A DNA stretch of 64,000 nucleotides from an uncultured Pseudomonadota bacterium (GTDB taxonomy: Bacteria; Oederibacteriota; Muellerivitia; Muellerivitales; Muellerivitaceae). The notes under the pieces were generated by a model. It did not search any database, was not told the DNA's origin, and saw only the letters and a list, made by a program, of their open reading frames with translations. The translations under genes were made by a program, and so were the position numbers. Below are positions 55,002 to 64,000 of this stretch, piece after piece. Position 1 is the stretch's first letter. Each line of letters starts with the position of its first letter. Where the stretch lies: positions 192,001-256,000 of the forward strand of contig CAVYRH010000026.1 of the NCBI GenBank assembly GCA_963770835.1, written 5' to 3'.

Positions 55002-55484
55002 TCAGGGGTTTATTTCCCGAAACCAATAAACCAAGTATACCATCCCGGAGACGATCACCACCAAGTTCAAAAGGCTGGCAAAACCGTGGGCCTTTCCGAA
55101 TTCGCGGCGGAGCGCTTCCGCTTTGGCCTGGTCCTTGGAATCCTCCGCGGCCTGGCGTTCCACGCGCAACTGGGCCACCTTGGGGCCGGCCCAAAGGCCT
55201 TGGCCCAGGGAAAACAGGAGCATCAGGCAGAGGGCGGTGATTTTCACGCAGTCCTCGCTCACGTAATTCTTCAGGGGATGCAGCAAATGGTAAGTCACTA
55301 CCAAGAGGGCGCCGCAGAGGTAGCCAATCCAGTAATAAGCCGGGAAAAGATGGCTTTGTACCTCGCCGAAGAGCTGGCGGGGAAGGGTTTTAAGAAGAAC
55401 AGGGGCCTGGATGAAGGTGAAATAAAGCAGGGTGCCGTACCAGAAGATGAAAGTGAAGAAATGGATAAAGCGCAGGATGGCCAT
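55002..55484 (-). CDS. DUF4149 family membrane protein
   Basis: F.QAPVL.K.LPR..FG.VQ..LFP.YY; F.K.HG.AS.LN. Confidence 0.85.
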   Translation of the reverse strand: MAILRFIHFFTFIFWYGTLLYFTFIQAPVLLKTLPRQLFGEVQSHLFPAYYWIGYLCGALLVVTYHLLHPLKNYVSEDCVKITALCLMLLFSLGQGLWAGPKVAQLRVERQAAEDSKDQAKAEALRREFGKAHGFASLLNLVVIVSGMVYLVYWFREINP

Positions 55485-55564
55485 GAATCCTCCCTTGAAA
55501 CAGGGTTCATTTTAGATGTCTTACGATCATGTTTGCAACGCATAGCCGCTATAATGCGTCGCTT

Positions 55565-55906
55565 ATGGAGACTGAAAAGAAAGCCACAATTGTTTTTCCC
55601 AAGACGGGCCAGGAGTGCGAAGTGGACAGCGGTGACACCCTGGTGGATGCTACCTTTCGTTACGACCTGCCCATCCGATACCGCTGCGAGCGGGCTGTTT
55701 GCACCACTTGTCTGACCGAAGTGATCGAGGGCGCCGCGAACCTCTCGGAAATGGAAGACCGAGAAAAACAAACCCTGGCCGCTATTAAGGCCCCGCCCCA
55801 CTGGCGTCTGGCCTGCCAGGTTTCAGTGATGGGCGACGTGAAGCTGGATTACCTGCCGGTCACCGATCCCCGTCGAAGGCCACCCGAAGATGCCAATTCC
55901 TTTTAG
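55565..55906 (+). CDS. 2Fe-2S ferredoxin
   Basis: CERAVCTTC ... RLACQ. Confidence 0.9.
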   Translation: METEKKATIVFPKTGQECEVDSGDTLVDATFRYDLPIRYRCERAVCTTCLTEVIEGAANLSEMEDREKQTLAAIKAPPHWRLACQVSVMGDVKLDYLPVTDPRRRPPEDANSF

Positions 55907-56119
55907 AAAACCAAAAAGTATTTTTTTGTGTCCCACCCTCACTTCCCCAAAAGGAATAGCGGCCTAAATTGGGCCTTTTTGGAGGTTTGCGGCGGTAGAA
56001 ATTCCCGGGTTGAAATGTGAGGGAAATCATACCGCTCCCGCTTAACCGAGGGAAAATAAACATGGTTTTTCCGGACAAGCCGATTCAACGAGCATCGGCT
56101 GGATCGAAAGTTGGATGCC

Positions 56120-58357
56120 ATGACCACACCCACGGTTGTTCGGGGTGCTGAACCTGTCCGTCAGACCCCTTGGTTGAAGCGTCTTTTTCTTTGGCCGGCC
56201 CCGTCTCCGAGAGACGTTCCCGCTGGATTGTATTTCCTTGTGCCCGTTTTCCTCTTTCTCCTCCATCAGCCCCTTCAGGCCCAAACCCCGACCCCCACGC
56301 TTCCCGCTTGCGTCACATCCATCGGCTGGAACCCGGCGGGAAACGCCGCCATCAATACCAGCTCGCAAATGGTGACCTTGACCGACAATACCGGGGGTGG
56401 AGAAGGCGGGGCGGCCTGGAACAACGGCATGGTCAGCCTCGACCTTCCCTTTGACATGTCCTTCGAGGTCCATTTCTATAAGCCGGCCGGCGTGGGCGCG
56501 GACGGGATGGTCTTCGTGCTGCAACAAAGCCCCCAGGGTGACGGGACGGTCGGCTCCAACTACGGCTATTGCATGGGTTACGGCGGCATCAAACCCAGCG
56601 TGGGCGTGGAGATGGACGTCTACCAGAATACAGGTACGACGGACTTGGGCTGCGGCATCCCCAACGACCCGGCTTACGACCACATCGCGGTGGACGAGAA
56701 CGGCGATGTGAGCCACGGCGGGGCCGCCGCGGTGAGGGCTATGGCCGCCGGCAACATTCCCAAGACCGGGGCGCCCCAGACCCTGGAAGTGGTCTGGAAC
56801 CCCAACCCCACGCCAGGCATGCTGATTTACTTCAACGGTGTGCTCAAGATCAGCTACGTCAAGGATATCAAAAATGTGATTTTCGGCGGGAACCCCATCG
56901 TTTATTATGGCATGACTGCGGGCGACGGGGCTTCCTATGAGGCGCATTATTTCAGGCAATTGAGCTGCCCTCCGGTTTATTTCCCCTCCTATACTCCCAC
57001 GATCACCCCGACCCCGACGGTCACGGCTACTTCCACGCCCACGAACACCACCACCAACACCGCTACTTCCACCCACACGCTCTCCCCCACGGGTACCTGG
57101 AACACCGCCACGCCCACCTCCACCGGTACCTTGAGCCCCACGGCCACACCCACCGGCACTTTCACCAACTCGCCAACCGCCACACTATCGGGCACTGCCA
57201 CTTCCACGGCTACCACCACGCCCAGCCCGACTTCCACGACGACCAGTACTTCCACGCTCACCGCTTCTGGGACCCCCACTTACACCCCAACGGCCACCGC
57301 CAGCTCCACACCTTCACTTACCCCCACGATGACTTCCAGCCCCACCAGTTCCTTCACGCCCACGAATACCCCGACCGGTACCTGGTTCACTTCCACCCCG
57401 ACCAACACCGGAACCAATAGCCCTTCCCCTACTCTGACCAATACCGTCACGTCCACCCCCTCGGACACCACGACAAATTCGCCGACCTCCACCGCCTCTT
57501 CTACTCCCACGAACAGCCCGACTTCCACGGCGACCAGTACTTCCACGCTCACCGCTTCTGGGAGCCCCACTTACACCCCAACGGCCACCGCCAGTTCCAC
57601 ACCTTCACTTACCCCCACGGTGACTTCCAGCCCCACCAGTTCCTTCACGCCCACGAATACCCCCACCGGGACTTGGTTCACCTCCACTCCGATGAACACT
57701 TGCACCAATAGCCCTACTTCCACCTCAACCTTCACCTGCACTACCACACCCTCGAATACGACGACGGATACCCCGACTTCCACCCCGACCAACACTTCCA
57801 CTTTCACCGCCACTGCGACACCTTCTTTGACACCCACGTTCACGGCCAGCCCCACCAGTTCCTTTACCGCCACGAACACTCCTACCGGCACTTGGTTCAC
57901 CCCTACCCCGACCAGCACCGGAACCACAACGCCTTCCAGTACGCCCACCCTCACGCCGACCTTCACCCGCTCTTCGACCCCCACTAGCAGTCCCAACGCC
58001 ACCCTGACCAATTCGCCCACGGCCACCCCCACGCCCACCGGAACCCTGGTTACCCCCACTCCCACGCCCGGGCCAGGGTTCTACTTAAGCTCCAACTCGG
58101 TGAATTCCGTCTCCGGGCCGCCGCTGGCCATTAATTATCAGGTCGTTAACGGCGGTTCGGTGGAGGTCAGCGTCTTCAACGTCTTGGGCCAGCGGATGCG
58201 GCGGGTCGTCCAGGCCAGCCAGCCCCCCAACTACTACAGCGTCCTTTGGGACGGGAGCGACGACACGGGTGACGCCCTTTCCACGGGCCTCTACCTGGTG
58301 GTTTACAGCGAGAACGGCAGCATCCAGATCAAGAAAGTGCTGGTAATGAAAAAATGA
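56120..58357 (+). CDS. Surface protein: L-type lectin domain, Thr/Ser/Pro stalk and FlgD-Ig-like C-terminal domain
   Basis: GAAW, GADGMVFVLQ, SVGVEMD.YQN, DP..DHIA; about 360-aa TPT stalk; VSVFNVLGQRMR...WDGSDD.G..LSTGLY...KKVLVMKK. Start uncertain. Confidence 0.85.
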   Translation: MTTPTVVRGAEPVRQTPWLKRLFLWPAPSPRDVPAGLYFLVPVFLFLLHQPLQAQTPTPTLPACVTSIGWNPAGNAAINTSSQMVTLTDNTGGGEGGAAWNNGMVSLDLPFDMSFEVHFYKPAGVGADGMVFVLQQSPQGDGTVGSNYGYCMGYGGIKPSVGVEMDVYQNTGTTDLGCGIPNDPAYDHIAVDENGDVSHGGAAAVRAMAAGNIPKTGAPQTLEVVWNPNPTPGMLIYFNGVLKISYVKDIKNVIFGGNPIVYYGMTAGDGASYEAHYFRQLSCPPVYFPSYTPTITPTPTVTATSTPTNTTTNTATSTHTLSPTGTWNTATPTSTGTLSPTATPTGTFTNSPTATLSGTATSTATTTPSPTSTTTSTSTLTASGTPTYTPTATASSTPSLTPTMTSSPTSSFTPTNTPTGTWFTSTPTNTGTNSPSPTLTNTVTSTPSDTTTNSPTSTASSTPTNSPTSTATSTSTLTASGSPTYTPTATASSTPSLTPTVTSSPTSSFTPTNTPTGTWFTSTPMNTCTNSPTSTSTFTCTTTPSNTTTDTPTSTPTNTSTFTATATPSLTPTFTASPTSSFTATNTPTGTWFTPTPTSTGTTTPSSTPTLTPTFTRSSTPTSSPNATLTNSPTATPTPTGTLVTPTPTPGPGFYLSSNSVNSVSGPPLAINYQVVNGGSVEVSVFNVLGQRMRRVVQASQPPNYYSVLWDGSDDTGDALSTGLYLVVYSENGSIQIKKVLVMKK
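57224..57690 (+). repeat. Near-identical 291-bp-period direct repeat within the stalk
   Basis: AGCCCGACTTCCACG.CGACCAGTACTTCCACGCTCACCGCTTCTGGGA... at about 57224 and 57515; TPTGTW(F/N)T unit recurs four times. Confidence 0.8.
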
Positions 58358-60153
58358 GAGTTTCCGGCTGGATAAAAATCGTGGGACCGGCCTTGACGGT
58401 CCTGCTTTGGGCGGGAGCCTCGCAAGCGGTGGGAGCGGGCCTTTCCACGGGCGCGGATTTCCTGGACGTCACCCCCAGCGCCCGGCCCGACGCCATGGGC
58501 CAGGCTTTCAGCGCTGTGGCCGACGATATCAACACCCTTTCCTTCAATCCCGCGGGCCTGGGCAATATCCGGCTGCCGGAAGTCTCCTTCAGCCAGTACG
58601 AGTTCCTGGCCGGCATCAGCTTCAATTTCGCCGGAGCGGCCCTCCCATTGGGCGGCTATGGAACCCTAGGTTTGGGCTACCTGGGGCTGGGCACCGCGCC
58701 CTTCAACAGCACTCTGAGCCCCTCGGCGGTTTTGGGAACGGACTCGGAAAGCGAGCTGATGCTAGGTTGGGGGGACGGCTGGGGCATCCTCCAGGCCGGG
58801 CTCACCGCGAAATACATCATGAGGAACGTGGGAACGGTCAGCGGGACGGGAGTGGCCGCGGACCTGGGCCTGCGCTTAAGACCGGACAGCCGGCTTTCCC
58901 TGGGCCTGGCCCTACTCAACATGGGGCCCGACGTTTCCCTGACCCAGCAGGAGGCCCTGCCCACGAACCTTAGGCTGGGGGCGGCCTACCGGTTGTTGGA
59001 ACTGCCCCAGCACAGCCTGGACGCCGCCGTCGACAGCGTGATCCCCTTGGTCACCAGCCTGCAGCCCCGGATCGGGGGCGGCTTGGAATACTGGTTCCAG
59101 GACGCCTTCGCCTTGAGGGTGGGTTACCTGGCCAACACCGACGAGGAGGGGCTTACGGCCGGAGCGGGGGTGAAGTTCGAAGGGCTGGAACTGGATTATG
59201 CCTACCAGCCCTTTGACCAGTTGGGAAGCACCAGCCGGTTCTCGGGAACCTACTTTTTCGATGAGCCCTTTTTTGCGGGCGGGGAACTGACCCCTCCCAC
59301 CCTTTTGACCCTTACGGGCGATAGCCAGGGAGGGGCATCGGCCAACTGGAAGGCGCCGTCCGGGGCCGTGGACCATTACGCATTGACCCTGACCACGATG
59401 GATGACGGGAAAAGCCGGGTTTTCGATTCCATTTCCAACCCGCCCGTGAAGTTCAAGCGGCTCAAGGTTGGCATCCTCTACCAGGCCTCAGTCGTAGCAG
59501 TGGGGAAAGGCGGTGTGCGCAGCATGCCCTCCAACAAGGCTTTCCTGAAGACCTCGCCGGAAGCGGGGCAGGCCCAGACCCCTACTCCGGAGGCCCAAGC
59601 GGGGGGTGCGGTGCGGGGACAGGTGTACAAGGTGGGGCTCCAGATTTCGTGGGAGGCCGCCGGATTCCCCGTGAAAGGATATCGGCTTTACCGTAAATCC
59701 CCTTCGGGCCAAACGGCCCAAGTGACGGTGAATCCGAAGAAATCGGAGCCTCTCTGGCTGGTGGAGGCCCTGCCCTGGGTGGGGTTCGAGTTCACGGTTA
59801 CGGCCGTGAAGGAGGACGAAACGGAACAAAAGGTGGGGTCCTTCGTTTTCAGCCCAGGACCGACCGAAATAGAAATGCTGAAGGCCCGGCCTTCGGTGGA
59901 GCTACGAGTCACTCCCGAACAGGAAGGAAGGGTCGTCCTGGAATGGGACCATGCCGGGGCCGCGGGATCCTTATTGTTGATGGCGGACCCGGTGGACCGG
60001 GTCTTTGAGACTGCGGCGAAATTAAATGCCGGCCTGCCGAAAAACCACCTGAAGGGCCTGAAGGCGGGGCCGCATTGCTTTATGGTGGTGAATGAATCCG
60101 GGGACGGCGTTTGGAGCGCGCGGAGCCCGGAAGTGACCGCCGCCATTCCCTGA
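58354..60153 (+). CDS. PorV/PorQ-like outer-membrane protein with C-terminal FN3-like domains
   Basis: ADFL....SARP.AMG.AF.AVADD.....FNPAGL, LP..LRLG.AY, G.EYW....FALR.GY, LDYAY.P...LG. Confidence 0.85.
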   Translation: MRVSGWIKIVGPALTVLLWAGASQAVGAGLSTGADFLDVTPSARPDAMGQAFSAVADDINTLSFNPAGLGNIRLPEVSFSQYEFLAGISFNFAGAALPLGGYGTLGLGYLGLGTAPFNSTLSPSAVLGTDSESELMLGWGDGWGILQAGLTAKYIMRNVGTVSGTGVAADLGLRLRPDSRLSLGLALLNMGPDVSLTQQEALPTNLRLGAAYRLLELPQHSLDAAVDSVIPLVTSLQPRIGGGLEYWFQDAFALRVGYLANTDEEGLTAGAGVKFEGLELDYAYQPFDQLGSTSRFSGTYFFDEPFFAGGELTPPTLLTLTGDSQGGASANWKAPSGAVDHYALTLTTMDDGKSRVFDSISNPPVKFKRLKVGILYQASVVAVGKGGVRSMPSNKAFLKTSPEAGQAQTPTPEAQAGGAVRGQVYKVGLQISWEAAGFPVKGYRLYRKSPSGQTAQVTVNPKKSEPLWLVEALPWVGFEFTVTAVKEDETEQKVGSFVFSPGPTEIEMLKARPSVELRVTPEQEGRVVLEWDHAGAAGSLLLMADPVDRVFETAAKLNAGLPKNHLKGLKAGPHCFMVVNESGDGVWSARSPEVTAAIP

Positions 60154-60195
60154 AACTTTAAGGTTCCGGCCCCAGGGCTGACCCGATTTGCAACC

Positions 60196-60705
60196 TTACG
60201 AAACCGCCGGCAGCTGCTCCCGTAGATGAAGGTATTCCTGGACGCCCGCCAGAATCATTTTTACGTCCTCGTCCCTTACTTGCCGCACCACCTTGCCCGG
60301 CACACCCAGGACCAGGGAACGGGGCGGGATATTCGCGTTTTCCAAAACCACCGCGCCCGCCCCGATAATGCACTCATCCCCGACCTGGGCCCCGGTGAGG
60401 ATGACCGACTGGATGCCGATCAAACAGCGGTTGCCCACCGTGCAGGCGTGCACGCAGGCTTGGTGGCCCACCACGCAATCCTCCCCAATAATCGCCGGAT
60501 AGCCGGTGTCTGTGTGGAAAACCGAATTGTCCTGGATGCTGGTGCGGTTTCCCACCCGAATGGCATCCATGTCACCCCGCAGGACCGCGCCCGGCCAGAG
60601 ACTCACATCATCACCCAATTCAACCTGACCGATCACGACCGCGCGGTCGTGGATGCGAACATTTTTCCCTATTTGGGGCTGGTGGGTCTGGTAGGGTTGG
60701 ATCAT
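60196..60705 (-). CDS. Gamma carbonic anhydrase family protein
   Basis: VIGQVELG, AVLRGD, IQDNSVFH, VGH...H.C, LVLGVPGKVVR. Confidence 0.92.
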   Translation of the reverse strand: MIQPYQTHQPQIGKNVRIHDRAVVIGQVELGDDVSLWPGAVLRGDMDAIRVGNRTSIQDNSVFHTDTGYPAIIGEDCVVGHQACVHACTVGNRCLIGIQSVILTGAQVGDECIIGAGAVVLENANIPPRSLVLGVPGKVVRQVRDEDVKMILAGVQEYLHLREQLPAVS

Positions 60706-61124
60706 GACTTGCTCCGGGGACGGGAAATGGAAGTCACTTCCCATTTTATCCGGTCCGGGTCCTCGAAATACACGGCGTAATAATTCTTGTGATACTCAGG
60801 GAAAAGCCGGGGACTGTCGTAAAGAATCTTAACTTTTCTTTTTTTCAGGAAATCCCGGGTGAACTTCCGGACGGCTTCCTTGGAAGAAACGCCAAGGGAA
60901 ATATGGTTAAGACCCGGAGCCTTGCGGTGGAATTTCCTTTTGGAGTGGCCTTTGTCCGACTGGACGATCCAAAAATCGGTGGTGCCGTTGCTGACCCCGA
61001 TATGTTCCGAACTCTTATCGACCACCCGGTAACCCCAATAATCAAAAAAAGCCCTGTAAAAGGGAAAAGAACGGCGGGCGTCGGCGACATTGACCTGGAC
61101 GTGATAAACGGAAGCTTTAGGCAT
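60702..61124 (-). CDS. VOC / glyoxalase family protein
   Basis: YHVQVNVAD..RS..FY, PGLNHI, YYAVYFEDPDRIK.E. Confidence 0.88.
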   Translation of the reverse strand: MPKASVYHVQVNVADARRSFPFYRAFFDYWGYRVVDKSSEHIGVSNGTTDFWIVQSDKGHSKRKFHRKAPGLNHISLGVSSKEAVRKFTRDFLKKRKVKILYDSPRLFPEYHKNYYAVYFEDPDRIKWEVTSISRPRSKS

Positions 61125-61129
61125 CTGGG

Positions 61130-61582
61130 TTACAGGTTCTCCAGCACGTCCACGGCGTGGCCCTTGACGCTGACGGGGGACCAGATTTTTTTGATTTTCC
61201 CATCCTTGTCAATGATAAGCGTGGTGCGCACGATTCCCATAAATTCGCGTCCCATGAATTTCTTCTTCTGCCAGACGCCGTAGGCTTTCAACATTTTCTT
61301 GCCTTCGTCCGAAAGAAGGGTGAAGGGAAGTTTGTATTTTTCCTTGAAGCTTTGGTGTTTCTTGACCGGGTCGGCGCTAACGCCCAAAACCACCGCGCCT
61401 TTCTTTTTCACCGCGCCCCAATTGTCGCGGAAATCACAGGCTTCCTGGGTACAACCCGGCGTCATGTCCTTGGGGTAAAAATACAAAACCACCGTCTTTC
61501 CCTTGAAATCCGAAAGGGACACCTTTTTTCCCTGCTCGTCGTCTAATTCAAACAGCGGTGCTTTTTGGCCTTCTTTTACCAT
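61130..61582 (-). CDS. bcp: Thioredoxin-dependent peroxiredoxin BCP/PrxQ
   Basis: [34 protein letters not shown]. Confidence 0.95.
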   Translation of the reverse strand: MVKEGQKAPLFELDDEQGKKVSLSDFKGKTVVLYFYPKDMTPGCTQEACDFRDNWGAVKKKGAVVLGVSADPVKKHQSFKEKYKLPFTLLSDEGKKMLKAYGVWQKKKFMGREFMGIVRTTLIIDKDGKIKKIWSPVSVKGHAVDVLENL

Positions 61583-61689
61583 AGGTCACCTCAAGAGTTG
61601 AGAAGTGAGCCCATCATTGGGGAGGGGCCCGGGTAAAGCAAGTTGGAGCGGTGAGAGAAGTCCTGGTTTTTCGTAAAAACGGGCCATAT

Positions 61690-61930
61690 TAAAGGTAAAA
61701 TCTGTGTAAAAGTTGACACAAATAAGACATAAATGACCTTATTTTAAACGATTCAAGACTTTCGTTTAACCCATAAATTTCAAAAAACCCTTATTATTTA
61801 ATAATTTTTATGCCTTTTGACTATTTTTTTGTAACCAAGAAGGTACAAGAGGTGTATTCTTTTTTATAATTAAACCAATCCATTTATCACCCCTTTTTAA
61901 CCACAAACTGAAGGGTTCAAGTAAAGGAGA
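61690..61930. promoter_or_regulatory. AT-rich divergent promoter region
   Basis: Strongly AT-rich; contains TTGACA and two TATAAT; AAGGAG RBS before 61936. Confidence 0.5.
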
Positions 61931-61935
61931 AAGAC

Positions 61936-62652
61936 ATGAACTTCTATTTTTCGCTTTTCCAATTGATTGAAACGGTGGAGCATCTCGAAAAAGACGTGCA
62001 GCATCTCGCCAGCCGGGCCCTTCGAATCAGCCCTCGCGACGCCCGTGCCAACCGGGAACTTTTGGAGCAATGCGAAAGCAAGATGCACGAGGTGAAGGTC
62101 CTGCTGAATAATAAAACCCATATCAGCAAGATCACCTTGCGCAAGGCCGCTCTTCTCTTTCAAATCCTCGAAATTTTCTACAACCGGGTACTTCACTTGG
62201 CGTCGGCCACATCCAATATCGGCCCGGACGATGAGAATTCCATGAAAGCCGTCTGGCAGATGCTTTCGCTGGCCCAACGACATTACCAGGCACTTTCAAA
62301 GACCCTCTTTGAACTGACGGGCATACCGGTCAGCCTCAACATCACGGGCTCCCAGGAAGTTTCAACCCATGAACTTTCGGTCATCCTCCAAAAAGAGACG
62401 GGCCACCAACAAGACGCCCTCAAGCTCCTGGAGAAAGCCATCGAGGTCTTCGGAGAAGAACAAGAACTGGCTGAACAATTAGCCCAGATCCGCAAGGACC
62501 TTTTGGATATCAAAAAGCGCATGAAACATTTTTCCACGGGGCATGGGTTGGAGAAACCAGACTTCGCCAAGGTTTCGGCCGAAAAACCGGAATCCTCCAG
62601 GACAGAAAAACCGGCCGAGAAGGCCGAGCCCGCGGCTCCCGTGCGGTCGTGA
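61936..62652 (+). CDS. Hypothetical helical / coiled-coil protein
   Basis: 238-aa Leu/Glu/Lys-rich ORF with good RBS. Confidence 0.72.
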   Translation: MNFYFSLFQLIETVEHLEKDVQHLASRALRISPRDARANRELLEQCESKMHEVKVLLNNKTHISKITLRKAALLFQILEIFYNRVLHLASATSNIGPDDENSMKAVWQMLSLAQRHYQALSKTLFELTGIPVSLNITGSQEVSTHELSVILQKETGHQQDALKLLEKAIEVFGEEQELAEQLAQIRKDLLDIKKRMKHFSTGHGLEKPDFAKVSAEKPESSRTEKPAEKAEPAAPVRS

Positions 62653-62777
62653 AATCCTGAGCCGAAAGATTCAAGGGTGAGCGGAATACCCGTGCGATTT
62701 TTTTTTGAGGCGGTTTTAACCCGGTATTCCGCTTTTCCGTTGTCCCGCAGCCCCCTTTTTTACAATCCGGAAAAAGC

Positions 62778-64000
62778 ATGAGCCCCCGCCGGTACCGGCC
62801 TCCAGCGCTTTACATGAAGGCGCCTTTCCTCCAGAACGTCCTCGACGGTATGACGGAGTCGGTGAAGATCATCGACCGCCGTTACCGAATCGTTTACGCC
62901 AATTCCACCTCGCGCAAAAACCTCAAGAAGGACTTAAACGAACTGCGTGGCCGTTCCTGCCATGAAATGTTCTACGGCTTCAAGGAGAAATGCTTTTTTT
63001 GCAACATGGTAAAGGTCTTCGAGCAGGGCCAATCCGCGACCAGCTATTGCACTATCGCCGTCAATGGGGCTAACCGTGATTTCGAGGTTTCGGTCTTCCC
63101 CTTGAAGGGTGTCAGCCCCCAAATTGAATATGCTGTGGAAGTGGTGCGGGATATCACGCCCCTTTCCAAGGGTGGGGCCCTTCCGCAAAACGCCGGGAAA
63201 ATCACCAGCCGGGACAAGAACTTCGCCCTGGTGTTTGAGAACATGGCCCAATGGGCGGAGGACGAATGGCCCGTCCTTTTGCAGGGCGAAAAAGGGACGG
63301 GTAAGAAATCCTTCGCCCAGGCGATGCACCAGCGCAGCCGCCGTGCCGGGGGGCCTTTCCGGATTTTCCATTGCGTGGACAACGCCAGCGGGGAGGGCTG
63401 TGACGGCCTTTTCGGCGAAGGCGGCGCCTGGGAAAAGTCCAAGAGAGGAACCCTTTATTTGGACAGTGTCTGCCATTTGGGGGAAGCCAACCAGAAAAAA
63501 CTAGCCGAAAAACTTTCGGAGTCGGCGGACGCGGACAATCCCCGGGTGGTAGCCGCCACTTCCAAGGATATCCTCGAACTGGTGCACCGGGAGACCATCC
63601 GCCTTGATTTTTACAACCGCTTCGCCTCGCGGGTTTTGCGCCTGCCGGCTTTAAGGGAACGCAAGCAGGATCTTCCCTTCCTGGCCCAGCACTTTATTGA
63701 AACCTACAGGGTGTTAACCGGCTCCCCGGCGGAAAAACTGGGGCCCGAGGCCATGGTCCAGCTCATGACCTATGCCTGGCCGGGGAATATCCGCGAACTG
63801 GAAACCCAAATCGAGAGGGCCTGCCTTTTGGCCACGGGGCCCCAAATCGAAAAACTGGACCTGCCCATTGAAGCGCCCAAAAAGGAAAAACTGGACGACC
63901 TGATGGACCTGACCGAAAAGACCTACCTGGTGGATGCCCTTTCGAAAACCCGCGGGGGCCTGGTGGAAACGGCCCGGCTGGCGGGATTGAGCCTAAAGAC
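62778..64000 (+). CDS. PAS plus degenerate sigma54-interacting AAA+ (NtrC-like) regulator; 3'-truncated by the window edge
   Basis: Manually translated: PAS (IIDRRYRIVYAN...CHEMF..C..C...RDIT), VLLQGEKGTGK, LPALRERKQD, YAWPGNIREL, start of a Fis-like HTH. Confidence 0.88.
   Translation, partial: MSPRRYRPPALYMKAPFLQNVLDGMTESVKIIDRRYRIVYANSTSRKNLKKDLNELRGRSCHEMFYGFKEKCFFCNMVKVFEQGQSATSYCTIAVNGANRDFEVSVFPLKGVSPQIEYAVEVVRDITPLSKGGALPQNAGKITSRDKNFALVFENMAQWAEDEWPVLLQGEKGTGKKSFAQAMHQRSRRAGGPFRIFHCVDNASGEGCDGLFGEGGAWEKSKRGTLYLDSVCHLGEANQKKLAEKLSESADADNPRVVAATSKDILELVHRETIRLDFYNRFASRVLRLPALRERKQDLPFLAQHFIETYRVLTGSPAEKLGPEAMVQLMTYAWPGNIRELETQIERACLLATGPQIEKLDLPIEAPKKEKLDDLMDLTEKTYLVDALSKTRGGLVETARLAGLSLK

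Noticed and set aside
56989..58065. Val/Gly-rich antisense ORFs
   Set aside because: They simply mirror the Thr/Pro/Ser codons of the stalk on the + strand.

Overview
A GC-rich (roughly 60% by eye) bacterial chromosomal window of about 60 CDSs. I saw no rRNA, tRNA or CRISPR array. The organism is diderm (TolC, beta-barrels, lipoproteins). The Thr/Pro-stalk FlgD-Ig protein plus PorV-like gene suggests a poorly characterised lineage such as FCPU426; this is inference only. Housekeeping and transport content: APC permease, PPK2, an RNase II-family enzyme, lipA, a sulfonate-type ABC transporter, pncA/pncB, a TatT-DctP-DctQM (TPAT) TRAP system, TolC plus RND, pcm, bcp and a ferredoxin. Highlights: (1) At 35.3-44.7 kb, a Kelch lipoprotein, two barrels, a FecR protein and a lipoprotein precede seven tandem secreted low-complexity proteins. 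These proteins appear to be mosaics of short hallmark motifs of unrelated structural families (Hcp, VgrG/Gp5 OB fold, gp19 tail tube, DUF1559 pilin-like, beta-helix adhesins), and most share a C-terminal tail. This is the best candidate for an undescribed system. (2) An IS110-family (IS1111-type) element splits a TetR gene; its 3' non-coding region contains readable target- and donor-binding bridge-RNA loops matching the actual insertion site. (3) Three intact but catalytically degenerate homologues: a RAYT, MrpB/C/D-like subunits and a bEBP. (4) At least six classes of small palindromic or tandem repeats, some nested or in-frame inside genes. Family and motif assignments come from recalled consensus sequences, not database searches.
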